Below, in pieces: positions 51,843-64,000 of a stretch of DNA of 64,000 bases. The notes beneath the pieces are model-generated. The model saw only the letters and a program-made list of their open reading frames with translations, was not told the origin of the DNA and searched no databases. The stretch is taken from contig OX597826.1 of NCBI GenBank assembly GCA_951406725.2, positions 15,686,001-15,750,000 of the forward strand, in the 5' to 3' direction. Origin of the DNA: Octopus vulgaris (Eukaryota). The stretch's first letter is position 1; every line of letters begins with the position of its first letter. A program made the position numbers and the translations under genes.

Positions 51843-54316
51843 GTAGAAATATGTTACGAAAAGAAAATATAAAATACACGTGGAAATGTAAGGGTAAAAT
51901 ATGAAAAATCAACGAAAATGCATATTGCAAATAGAAAAAGGCACTTTATGACACGTAATGACAAATATATACATTTAGATTGACTGAGGTAGTAATACGA
52001 GTCATAAAGGTCATTATTATGAGATGATTATAAGATGATAATAAAGTAAGAGAAGAAAACGAACCAGTGATTTACGCGAAGGCTATTCATCGTTTGAACA
52101 ACACCGTTTAATATACGGTGTCAGGTCTTATAGTTCCTGAGAAAAAAGATTATTTTTAAAGGAGGTAAGTAGTTCTGGATTATTTGTAAGGGAGTTCTGG
52201 AATTAGAGATGTGAGTGATGTAGGTAGTGTATAGGGTTTAGTGGTTTCAATTGAAGAGTTAGTGGTGTTCTGTATTGAGTTGTGTGTTCATATTTAGTTG
52301 GGGGAGAAATTTGTTGATGAAATATCTCTTTATTCAGCCTTTGTTGCATTTTGGTGTTCTGTGAGCATTTGTAAAAGGGAAATATTTGGAAATTGGGATT
52401 AATATTCCTGGCACATCTTTCTATGTGTTCACTCACCTTTAAATGTCTGTATTGTGGGTGACGGATTTGCTCTTTGTGAATGGTGATTCTTTGACGGAGC
52501 GAAATTCCTGTTTATCCAATATTAGAGTTTACCACATCCTATGCATATCATGACATAGATTACATTTGCTGAGGCGCAGGTGAAATTTGATTTGATCATA
52601 AATATTTCTCCTTGTTTGAATTGGAATTCTGAACCCTCCAGAAGGTGGGGGCATGTTCCACAGTTAGAACGTCCACATTTTGTCAGGTTTGGCTCAGTAG
52701 TTAGTGGGTAAAGTCTAGCGCTAGTTAATATTATTTTCAGTGACTTTGGTTGCTTTTTGCTTTTTATAATTTTATATGAGTTTAAAATTTCGTTCATTGT
52801 TTTGTCTGCTGTGAGGATGGGAATGTTTTGGGTGATGATGTCGAAGGCTTCGTTGTTTCTGGGGTTATATGTGGAGATGTGCGGGAGTATTTTTAAGTCT
52901 TGTTTAGTATTTCGGCTAGTTTTCCTTAATCTTTGTATATCTATTTCCCTATCTCTTTTGATGCCTTCATTTACTAATGAGATTGGGTAGTGTCTTCTAG
53001 TTAGTGTAGATCTAAGTTCAAGGAGTCTAAGTCCACGAGTGTATGTATCGGAAACTATGGTGCAGATTATCTTTGGGGTGGCAGGAGTCAAATAATAGGT
53101 ATTGTTTAGAATCTGTGGGTTTATAAAAGATGTCTGTTTCTATGAGGTTGTTAACTATTCTAATTAAGATGTCTAAAAAAGGTAGTTGCTTACTGTCGTG
53201 TTCCATAGTGAATTGTATATTGCTGTGTATGTTGTTGAGCATTCTTTTGAAATCAAGGAGTTGGTCCATGCTATCTTGCCAAAGTATGAAGCAATCAACT
53301 AAATATCTCTTCCAGTTCTCCTTTAAGTAGCAATTGAAAGAGGCGCCATATTTTTCTAGTGATGATTGGTATAACTTAAGTTCGTGGTAACCCATTACGA
53401 GGTTTGCAATCACTGGAGCAGCTCTGGTCCCTATTGCAATTCCGCATGTCTATCGATAGTAAGTAGTATCGAACAAGAAATGATTGTTCAACAGAACGAA
53501 TTTCAGTGCTTCAATTATAAAATTGTGGTTAATTCGACCTGGGATCTCTTCTGGGTATTTTTCTAGCCAAAATGTGATTACTTCTATACCATAGTCGTGT
53601 GGGATATTAGTGTATAGATTCACCACATCGAAAGACACAAGTAGAGTTCCGTCCTTTACTGTCTTCGGGATGTGGTTCAGCATGTCTAGGTCATCCCTGA
53701 TATAACTTTTCACATATTTTAAAAGAGGTTTGAGTAATATGTCAAGGAAGTTACTCAAACGGTGGGTTTCGCAAGAAGGGCCAGCTATGATGGGTCTGAG
53801 TTTGAGGTCAGTAGGTGGAGGGACATTAATGCATAGGCTTGTAGAGACTTTGCAGGCTTCACAAATGAGTGGATTTTTATGTATCTTGGGTAATCCGTAG
53901 AATAGACTAGGACTGTATTTAAAATTGGATAGATAGTCAATTTCATGTGTTGTAAGACCCTTTCCATGAATTTGGAGTAAGGAGGATAAGTTCTTTAGTG
54001 TTTTCTGTGGGTTGTAATATGTTGGGTTTTCATAGTAAGTATTATTTTCCAACATGGAAAGTATTACATGTTCGTAGTACTCTGTATCCATCAATAATAC
54101 CGCACTTCCTTTCTCGGCTTCTTTAATAGTGAGGTTTATGTCATTTTTTAGCTCGACCAGGTCTTTCCATTCATTTAAATTTAGGTTGGATTTGATATAT
54201 TGTTTTGGAATGGTATTGTAAGGAAAACAAGTTATGTGATCACAGAAAACATCAAGTGCTTTATTTCTACCTTTTTTAGAATGGTACTCACTTTTGTTTT
54301 TCACTATTGAGTCATC

Positions 54317-54320
<4 letters not shown>
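51843..54320 (-). pseudogene. Degraded, 5'-truncated Penelope-like element of the same clade as 2281-8082
   Basis: Frameshifted ORFs with FYGLPKIHK, LRPIIAGPSC, SFDVVNLYTNIP, RYLVD, KCGRSNCGTC, NVIYVMICIGC; bounded by (TA)n / (TACA)n. Confidence 0.9.
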
Positions 54321-54380
<60 letters not shown>

Positions 54381-54429
54381 CAGTAGTTCAAATGCTTCGA
54401 AATGACACGGAAAACATTAGTCATATATG

Positions 54430-54476
<47 letters not shown>

Positions 54477-57400
54477 AATATATATAGTTCAAAAACTTCA
54501 AAAGATACGGCAAGCATTAGCTGTATAAGCAACTGCTTATATAAAAATGCAACTGAGAAATAGATGTAAGTGCTTGCATAACTAGAGTTAAAATAAAATA
54601 TCTTCCTGTTTTAAAATATTGTATCAAATATTGTTCATTAATAGTCGTATCATTTAAGAATACAATCTGAGTGGGCAGAAATTAACCGAAATAAACATTG
54701 CTTTTCTATCTGTCAGGTTTTGGTGTTTTGGGGATAGTTTCATTTTCGTTTCCATTTCTACTTTTCTGAAAACGCAATAAATCATATTCGCACGTTTCTC
54801 CATTGACACCATAATTTATTGACGAAGCAAAACTTAAAATAACAATTTATTGAGAACTGTAAACAACTTTTCAATCCCACTACCAACCACTGTTCGTAAT
54901 GGAATTCAGAAAAAAAACAACAAAATTTAGTGTCTTTGTTTGCAGCATATATTGATAAATATTCAACAACATTAATGCATTTAACCAATGAAGAAGTCTT
55001 CATTTTGGCAGAGAGAAAAAAAAATCAATGAAAATTAGAACAATCTTAAAAGGTAATATAGCTGAAATCTTATCTCAACATGTATAAATCATTCCACATT
55101 GGCTCTCTGTAGGTAATCGTTTCAACTGCACTTTCTTCAAATGTGCCATCTATGAAGATCACCCAGACAAAGACTTATCGTTTTTCAGAAATACAGTTTC
55201 GAATAGGATTATAAATGTTATTCTTCTATTTCTAATGCAGTTAGTTTTACGTTTTGTATTTTTGTTCTATATGTTAGAAGATCATTTCAGTTCCATTCCA
55301 TTTCTTAAAAGCTGTCATGCTTCCATTTTCTTTTTATCTTCCATTATTTTGTTGCTAAGATTTCGCCATTAATTTATAACGTCACTCCAACAATAAAGCT
55401 TTTAACTAAATTTGTTGCTTTTTCGGAAGTTATTTTGGTATTAAGATTGGCCGCATAACACCCGATTTTTTGCAGCTTTCATGTAGTGAATTGATGCCTC
55501 TTTAAATGTACAATGATATGTACAGAATGTACCACATTTCTCATACCATATTATTGGCATATAATTAATATTCGCTATCAATTGATACAGCACTAGGCTG
55601 GCCTCACGTGTGCATGGTCGTGAGTTTGATTCCTAGAATAAGTGAAGCATTTTGTCATTGAACAAAGCATTTCATTTTATATTGCTCCATTCTATTTAAC
55701 TGAAAAATAATACCAGCTGATAGTTGATGCAAATTTCTTTCTCTTCAAGTGTTTATTTGAGTTATGTGGAGGAAGGCTGAAATAGTAAAAATGACTACAC
55801 GCAGCTATATTGTAATCTAAAACAACGTGCGAGATTTTGGTACAGGCTACACGGTTGCACTCACTTATTAGTGACGGACTCAATGTATTAAGTAATATTT
55901 CATTTGTCATTCAGTTTAGTACATAAAATTTAGACTTTAAGAGTGGAATGTCAAATGAAATAATGTAAATGATTTTAGTATTAACATTTTGTTCCGAATA
56001 TTGCGTTAGTTATATTCTTTCCTCATTTTCTTTGGTTCTGAAAAGGGAAAAACTGCCCTGTTCATTACCTGAATCTATAAATTTTCTTGATTTACTGAAT
56101 TATTTACATATTTCGTATATACATAGGGATAATACAAAAATGTTCATTATAAAATATTTAACTTATTGTCACTGTTACTAAAGTTTGTCTTTGTATAAAC
56201 TAGGTTTTATCACCATTTCCTCATGGTTGTGTCCTTAGTAATTTAAAATTGATCTCTGAAATATAAATATTTTCTCTGAATATAATTATTTCACTGTGAA
56301 ATATAATTATTTTCTCATTCCTCCCAAGCACTATAGCAGACAAATTCTTCCTATGGTCGAAAATACTCCTGTGGTGACTAGTTTTTCATTTACTAAAGTA
56401 CATTGTTATTATCTAAAACCTTATTTTGAGTTGAGGGCTGCTGCTTTCCAAATAATAAACTTTGTGTTGAGGGTGAAGTGGCAGCTACTTCTAGCAAACC
56501 AATTAACGAACTAGTGGGTTCCCAACTGTTTCGTTTTATATCAGTCACCAACTAAATTCTAGGCCTTGATTATTCCTTTATCACACAACGACAAGCAGTT
56601 CGAAATCGGTGACATTCTAATAAGATCTACCATGATTGAAGCATTACTGGATTCATATACCGTGTATGTAAAAATGATTAAAATACTATTTGCTGTTTAG
56701 CTAATTCTCTTTTGCTTCTCCACCAGAATTATAACTGATTTTGAACCTATTCTTAAAATGTTTCCCTCAAATTCAATGGTGCTATTCATACAGACAGTGT
56801 GTCTGTAAAATAAAGCAAGTAGATTTGTTTTATTAAATACGACATTTTTGAACGCGTGTTTAAATTACAATACAACTGTTATCGTTACTGGAAGCTTTAT
56901 CACTTTCTGGATATGTTCTGCGAGACCTACTTCAAACCGAATCTGCCTAATAAGAACTTATTTTGTTCTTGTCGTCTCTCGTAGCTATGTAAATGATTAA
57001 GTAATAGCCATCAGCGAGCTAAGAATGTCTTTCCCTGATTGCATTAATATTACTAGTTAGACTCTTGATTCTCTGAGATTTTATATAACATACCTTCTCA
57101 TCTAACTAGCTGTTGCTTAATCTAGTTAAGCTATATAGCCGTAAGTTAGTATTGTAAAGTTATTGTTGTGATTGTTTAACCCCAAGCTACCCCTGACTGA
57201 ACGGAACTATGATCAATGCAATCTAGGATTTCATTATCTAATGCGTTCTGCTTATTCAGTTTTATGTGTTTCTTAGGAGAGATATAGATGTTATTTCGAG
57301 TGGACAGTGCAACTACTTAGTAGCTTCCTGTTTGGTTCATGTATAATAGTGTGTTAAGTTCTGGCAGAAAAGGTTTAAAACAACAGTGTCCTTGGCAATA

Positions 57401-57849
57401 TTTTTGCTATTCTTAAGTTTCTACTGATTTCTCATCTTTAGTAGGATTCTAAGACATACTCTGTTTCCTTACTTACAACGAAATATTTTTCTCGCTTCCT
57501 TTGCGTTCAAATATATGTTTGCATATATGTATATTTCTTAACGATGAATGCATGTTTTATAGCTGCTATCTATTATTTTATCAAACTCCTTCCTAACTGC
57601 AGTATTAATTTTAACTGATATAGATAAGGTATATCCAAATCCCTTTGGTGCACGCATCAGTTTTATCAGTCTCTAACAACATGTGCAGAGTTTAATGATT
57701 CCGTTTTCTGGTCCATCTATGAAGTATCTTCATTTATTTCATGTAAACAAAAACACGATGCGAGAAGTATGTGAGGATACTTGATTATCAATTTAGCACT
57801 ATCTTCAAGCCGATTAAATTTTATTTATTTATTTATATGAGAACCGCTA

Positions 57850-58820
57850 TGACAGATGAAATGCTAACAAAAAAGGAAAGACATGCAGTCCTTGTTGCCA
57901 TATATGTGGAACACAGGGATTTAAAACCTTACAGTTTTATAAATGTTGCACGATTTCAGTACATGAAGTTAGGATAGAATTGGTAAGTACTCACGCGAGG
58001 GTTCAACTGTATGAAATAGGAATAAAATACATTCCAAATCCCCGGACACAGGAAGTGCATCAACATTCATTATCGATAATGATAGTAGAACATCAGTAGA
58101 ATCAATCGCATAAGGAATGTCATGTGTCTGAGTAGACCATTAGAACTGTGGCGGACGAGATTATTTGAAACATGTCGCATGAACTGAGAAGAAATCAATT
58201 CATGTCTGTAAAGAAATTGTTGTGTCCATGCCATATAATTACTTACCAGTTTTAAAATCCTCACGGCCATTCATGAGAAAATATTAATGAGAAAATGTTT
58301 ATTGATCAGAAAATCTTCAACTAAGACTATAAGACGGCAAAAAGATAACAGCTACGCGTAGACCCTTCTCATATCCTCAGAGAGATGCAACTGTGCTGGT
58401 TTAAAAGTGGTAACTAATCTCGAATACCACCTCACATCTTTCCACAAGTTTTTAGAATTAATGCTTCTGGATGCGCTGAAGTGCTCGAGAGTTGTTAAAC
58501 ACCGTATGGCTGGAATATGCAGTGGAGGTCCGTGCTTGTTTCAATACGACTCAGCAACTTGTAACAAATCGACGTAAACGAGGAGTTGATGCGAGAAAAG
58601 TTTACGATCATATTACATTCAACTTGTGGCCTCCAATATCACCAAATTAATATACCATGGTCTACTACGTTTGGAGAATTAATTAAGGGGAGCCTTAATT
58701 AATATTTAACACTATCATATCTCTAATGAAGGTCACTATTATCCTGACCATATAGTGCAAGCATGCTAATGATTCCGGCCCGGCATTGAAACAGACACCA
58801 GCGCGGACAGCAGATTCATA
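57850..58820 (+). mobile_element. Highly degraded maT/DD37D-like transposon
   Basis: LTKKERHAVLVAIYVEHRDL matches the 62360 region; tggcctccaatatcacc (WPPxSP-like). Confidence 0.55.
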
Positions 58821-60093
58821 GAAGTATTGTTATGAGAAAGCTCATCGAGAATACATGAACAAATTCTTTATTAAAAACGTGTTTTTTTCTAGTTGAGAGG
58901 GGTTTTATCGGTATACCCATTATGTCCTTAACTGCTTTCCACAGCCTTATAACCTAAGATACGCATGGACTCATGCAACCATCAGTAACTGTCTTCTACA
59001 AGACGTCTTTTGCACGAACTACTTAAGCTCACTGGTGAATATTTGATGTTTACTAAACAGTACATTTTTTAACCATCATATAAGTTATTTCCTCTATTGC
59101 AACCTTTTCTACTCTGGGACTTATGAGAGAAAATATTTTTTCTTTTCCTTTGACATGAGTCGTTGGACAAGAGACATGTAAATCCTCGATGTTGTCATTG
59201 CAACAACCCTAATACAAACAGACATCTATTAAACATACACAAACTTAAAGTTTTCGCATAATCTTATCAAACTACATAAAATGTATCTACAAAGGGACAT
59301 TTTATGCTAAAATCTATAAAAGTTGTGCAAATGTTATATAATGATAAAAAAAAACTGCACAACATTATTTCAGAAAGCAGTGCGTGATTAATATCTACAA
59401 TTGCAGGAAGGATTGGCTTCAAAGAATTTATTTCGAACATATATCTCTCTACCTTTCCGTGACTTGCCACAGTGGAATTCCTTCTGTGAAAGTTTACAAA
59501 GTCTATACTTCGTCTCCATTTACTTAAAAGCCATTTCACTTATCCTAAAGATTTGTAGAACAATGAAATGTAAATAGGATATGTTGCAACATGCATAACG
59601 GAACGTGAGATATTCTCCTATATGTACACTTGTGTAGCAGAAATATATTCTTGTATATTGTGAGTTCACATTTCATTGGAAGCGAGATGCTATAGCTTTT
59701 TAAGGATACATAATGTAAAAATCCTCCTGTATTACAGGTATCAGAAAATGAAGTAATTCAGTCGGTATATGTTAATATGCGCTCATTATAGCTTTGTGTC
59801 ATCACTTTCAAGGGGATCCACTTTTAGCTGGAAAGCGTATGAGTGAATAATATGTGTTTGCGAGAGTATGGTTAGGTATGTATTGTTTACAGCAATCTAA
59901 GAAGTTTTGGCATTGATCTGGAGGCAACGTACTCACCTTTTATGTCACGTTATTCGTTATCAAAAACTTGTGGTTAATCAGGGAGTCGTGTTTATTGTAC
60001 CATTCCAGACATCAAACGTGCACAGTGTTGGTACACTAACGGGATTGACACTAATATTTGAGGCTAATATATCTATATCTATATCTATCTATG

Positions 60094-60187
<94 letters not shown>

Positions 60188-60188
60188 C

Positions 60189-60230
<42 letters not shown>

Positions 60231-61729
60231 AAATATATATATGTTACTTTTCTTACTCATTACAAAGACTATAATATTTCTAGTCGTAGATAACTATTTA
60301 TAGTACCATTTCATTCATATAGGAAATCGTTAGCATGACATAGCCGGAGACCAATATATTAAACCGAATTGGACATTTTACAGAATGAAACATTTCTTAA
60401 GATGGAAAATAGATGCAGTTAAAAAAATTTTGACAGAATGGGCTTATTTTTCTATTTTCTTCTTTTATTACTTAGAACGTTAATAGCCCAGCAATTGAGA
60501 GAAGAGACAAAGAAACGTCCTACACACGGACTGATATTTTACAGGGTGTTCTACCACGCGAAAATGTTTTTACTTTAGTTACGTTTGCGGTTTTACGTAC
60601 AAAAGAAAAGTTAAACTAAATAATTATAGAGTAATTCAAACATATTAATAGTAATTCTCAGAACGTGTAACACGTAAATCTAACGTGTCGGTGCTTTCCT
60701 GGCGTAGTATACTACGGCAGAAAGCACCGACACGTTAGATTTGTATAGAAAATGGTTCGCATAATAAAAGACTGCCTGGAAGCCTAACAACTGAAACATT
60801 TTATATTGGTAGAAAATTCGATAAATATGGGATTTGAATGAAGATGTAAGGAGCCTTAATAGATGTCTCACTCATGAATTTGACATGTATGTGAGTCTAA
60901 TTGAGTATTGAATTTCCTTATATATACGGACGTACATACACACACACATTTATACATGTGTATATTCGTATATGTGTGTGAGTGAGTGTGTGTGAGTGAA
61001 TGTGTGTGAGTGAATGTGTGTGTGAGAGTGATTGTGTGTGTGTGCGTGTGTGTGTGTGTGTGAATGAGAGTGTGTATTATCATTGTGTGAGGAAACGCAT
61101 TATTTCAAGAAAACTAAGGGTGCTATGCGATATATTTTACAGTCAATTATAATTATCTGCATATCCAAAATAAGGCACCTGCAATTTAAATAATATGAGC
61201 GCACTAACGTGATTATATATAATGCCTCGCACAGTTTTTAAATCGATGACACAATCCTTTAAATAACATGCAACCATAGATTCTCTGCAGGCATTGACAG
61301 AATTGTAACTGTGTATGTGAATTTAATCAAAGATAGACTAGGTTAGTGTTACAAGCTAAAATATACACTGTTATAATTGGATGGTCAGGACTGGCCATTT
61401 AGTGCTTAGGAGTTTTCTAGAGCATCATTCTGTAAACACTATCGAACATTAACAATGTTAACAACGGCCTCAAGATAACGAAAGGCATTAGATTATTCGA
61501 CTAATTTCTCCTTCGATTGTGAGACACCTAGGATTTAAACTTAGATTCAATTTTTAAACCATAATTAACTCTTTTAAGAAGCTATATACATATAGGTGTA
61601 TATGTGTGTGTGAATCTGCGTGTGACTTTTAGAGTTAATTTTGATTCTTATTTTTAGCAATCGCTGGTGCTACTTTGCATCATTTATTTATTAATTCCTT
61701 TGGATTCTTAATTGCTAACGAGCCACTTT

Positions 61730-62205
61730 TTATTTCATTTCATTTCAATTCATTTCATTTGAGTTTGAGTCCATGCTCAGGCCAAGTCGAAGACTCCACC
61801 CTCAGAGTCTGGTGTGGTTGCCAGGTTGTATTCTCTGTTTAATTTTGACATGTGTAGGAGCGAGTTTGAGTCAGTTTGTGCTCGTTGTGTATATCCTGGG
61901 AGATGGGGTTCATCTCTAATGGTGCTTAAGTATCTATCCAGCTGCAATTTGAATGATTCCACACTGCATCCTGATAGGTTTCTGACATGTACCAGAATGG
62001 AGTTGAATAGTTGTGCTCCTCAAACCAACAGACTTGATTCTCGCAGGGTTTTTGCTGCCTGGCCAGCCTTTTTGTTGATTGGTGGTAGCTGGCAGCGTCT
62101 TCCGTGGCGCAGTGAGTGGTAGGTTTTGATACCAAAGTTTTGCACCTTTTGCTCTATCATTTTCCAAATGTATATAATTCGGTATCGCTCAAATCTTCTT
62201 TCTAT
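61730..62205 (-). pseudogene. CR1/L2-group LINE 3' end with (GAAAT)n tail
   Basis: ERYRIIYIWKMIE...HGRRC...FKLQLDRYLSTIRDEPHLPGY...SNSLL. Confidence 0.7.
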
Positions 62206-62268
62206 TATAATGTTTAATATAGCTTAATATATTAATATATCACTATAGTGTATTTTTGTATTGATATA

Positions 62269-63467
62269 CAGGGTGCGTAAGGTATTTGAGGACATACCAC
62301 TTTTGGCTCATTGCTATAATCTTTCTTTCAGAAAATAACAGTAGCAGACCCTCAGCTTACAAAAGAAATGAAGAGGCATGCCGTTATTTTGGTTATAAAG
62401 GCTAAGCATAGCGATATAGAATTATTTTGACTTTTAAAAGTTGCCAGATCTTTCGTCTACAAAGTTTGTAAGGAACTAGAGACTGTAGATGGCAAGTTAT
62501 CACCAGTAACAAAACAGAAAAAAACATTCTAAACGCTCTGAATTCATCAGAACACCTGAATTTATCCAGTAGGTTCAACATATCATTGATTACAAACCCA
62601 AAATGTCTATGAGGTCAATTGCAATATATATCCATGTATTAGGAGGAACAGTCGGAAATGTTGTCGTCAGATATATGTCCTATATGATAAGAAATGATCA
62701 ATTTGTCAGATAAACCAATCGAAAATCATTACATCAGATCTAAAAGGTTCTTAAACAGACTGAAAACTGCAACAGAAGAAGATCTGATTTGGTTTTTCTC
62801 AAACGAGAAAAAATTCGACCAAGATCAAAGAGTTAAGAGAAGAAATGGCAGATAGTTATGTGCAGACCCTTCTGAAGTTCCAAATGTTATGCATTTCCTA
62901 CAACTATCAATGTTTTGGGAGTTCTCAGCAGTAAAGGACATGTGATGCCTCCTTACTTTTTTCCACAAGGCCTTAGAGTTGACACTGCCGCCTACATTGA
63001 TGTCCTGGAAATAATTGTTAAGCCCTGGATAGAGAGCGTATGCATTGGAAGGGCATGTGTGTTTCAGTAAGACACTGCACTATCACACATTGCTCTAGTA
63101 ATACAGTAATGGATGGCTGAAAATCGCATAACCCTTAACATTTGGCCTCCTAATTCCCCAGATCTCAATCCATTGCATTATTGAGGAGAGCTGTTTAGAG
63201 AGAGGTCAAAGAAATACTCTCATAACAACAAACATACTTTGAAAGATGCCATTGTCAAAGTAATGTTCAAAGTGATCCAGGACCACTTGATTTGGGCATG
63301 TAGATGATTAGATCTCATATAGAAGCAGATGTTGAAGCTGAAGGTGGCTTTATTGAATAACAATATATCAACTTGATAGCATTATTTGATAAATAAAGTT
63401 ATCTGTTATTATATATCTGTCTTTTTTTATAAAGATAAATATATCCTTAAATATCGTACACACCCGG
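62269..63467 (+). mobile_element. Full-length degraded Tc1/mariner (maT/DD37D-like) element
   Basis: Imperfect TIRs cagggtgcgtaaggtatttgaggacata / tatatccttaaatatcgtacacacccgg with TA TSDs; FFSNEKKF, VFQ*DTALSH and WPPNSPDLNPL motifs. Confidence 0.85.
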
Positions 63468-63472
63468 TATGC

Positions 63473-63525
<53 letters not shown>

Positions 63526-63526
<1 letters not shown>

Positions 63527-63921
63527 TAGCAGTATCGCCCGGCGTTGCTCGGGTTTGTAAGGGAAATAACTATATAAGCATTTTTAGAGAGTTATAGCCA
63601 TAAAATAGGAAAAAAATGCATTAAAAATGGAAAAAAAATTAAGGTAAATTTCTTTTTAAATCGTTGACACATCGTAGATATTTTTAGAGAGTTACTTCCC
63701 TTATATAATAGCGAAAAAATGCATTAAAATGGAAAAATATGATGGTAATTTTTTTTAAATCGTAGACTCATCGTAGACGCGCGCTAATACCCAGAAGGGC
63801 TCGATATGACTCACGACTATAAGATACCCGGTTTTGGTTACACTGCACCGCAAAATGTGGGAGTAGTTAGGAATCTAAATCGTAGGAGACAGACACACAA
63901 CTTCACTCTTATATATAAAGA
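63526..63921 (-). mobile_element. Non-autonomous Helitron-like element
   Basis: Minus strand A|TC...cccgagcaacgccggg...CTAG|T; 3' end nearly identical to 50330-50403. Confidence 0.75.
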
Positions 63922-64000
63922 TATAAGTCACGTAGTTATATACACATACTTTGTTATATACGCATTCTTAAAAGAAAATGTTATTTTGAATACAACATTT

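Noticed and set aside
52060-52140. Hammerhead in the second PLE's 3' UTR
   Set aside because: Only a hairpin (acaccgt/acggtgt) and a very degenerate core; cannot be supported.
59395-59790. Possible host exons (AG acceptors followed by open frames)
   Set aside because: No recognisable protein similarity or consistent donor sites.

Overview
AT-rich, microsatellite-dense eukaryotic (animal) DNA with no recognisable host gene. The SINE families and repeat landscape look like an octopus/coleoid cephalopod genome (inference). The window is almost entirely transposon-derived. The main feature is a very young, apparently intact Penelope-like retroelement (PLE, Neptune/Naiad-type RT + GIY-YIG) at about 2281-8082. 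It sits in a (TA)n tract in partial-tandem form, with a 1.53 kb direct repeat acting as pseudo-LTR. It carries an extra 430-aa upstream ORF1 that overlaps the RT frame in -1 phase at a U_UUU_UUU heptamer, and each pseudo-LTR holds a minimal type I hammerhead ribozyme with a variant core. A second, degraded PLE lies at about 51.8-54.3 kb. Several unrelated short repeats also carry hammerhead motifs, three of them as divergent inverted pairs. The rest is three tRNA-derived SINE families, RTE, R4/Dong-like and CR1-like LINE fragments, mariner and maT/DD37D Tc1-mariner fossils, a Chapaev3-like fragment, non-autonomous Helitrons, foldback elements and microsatellites. Most short ORFs in the track are microsatellite or antisense artefacts.
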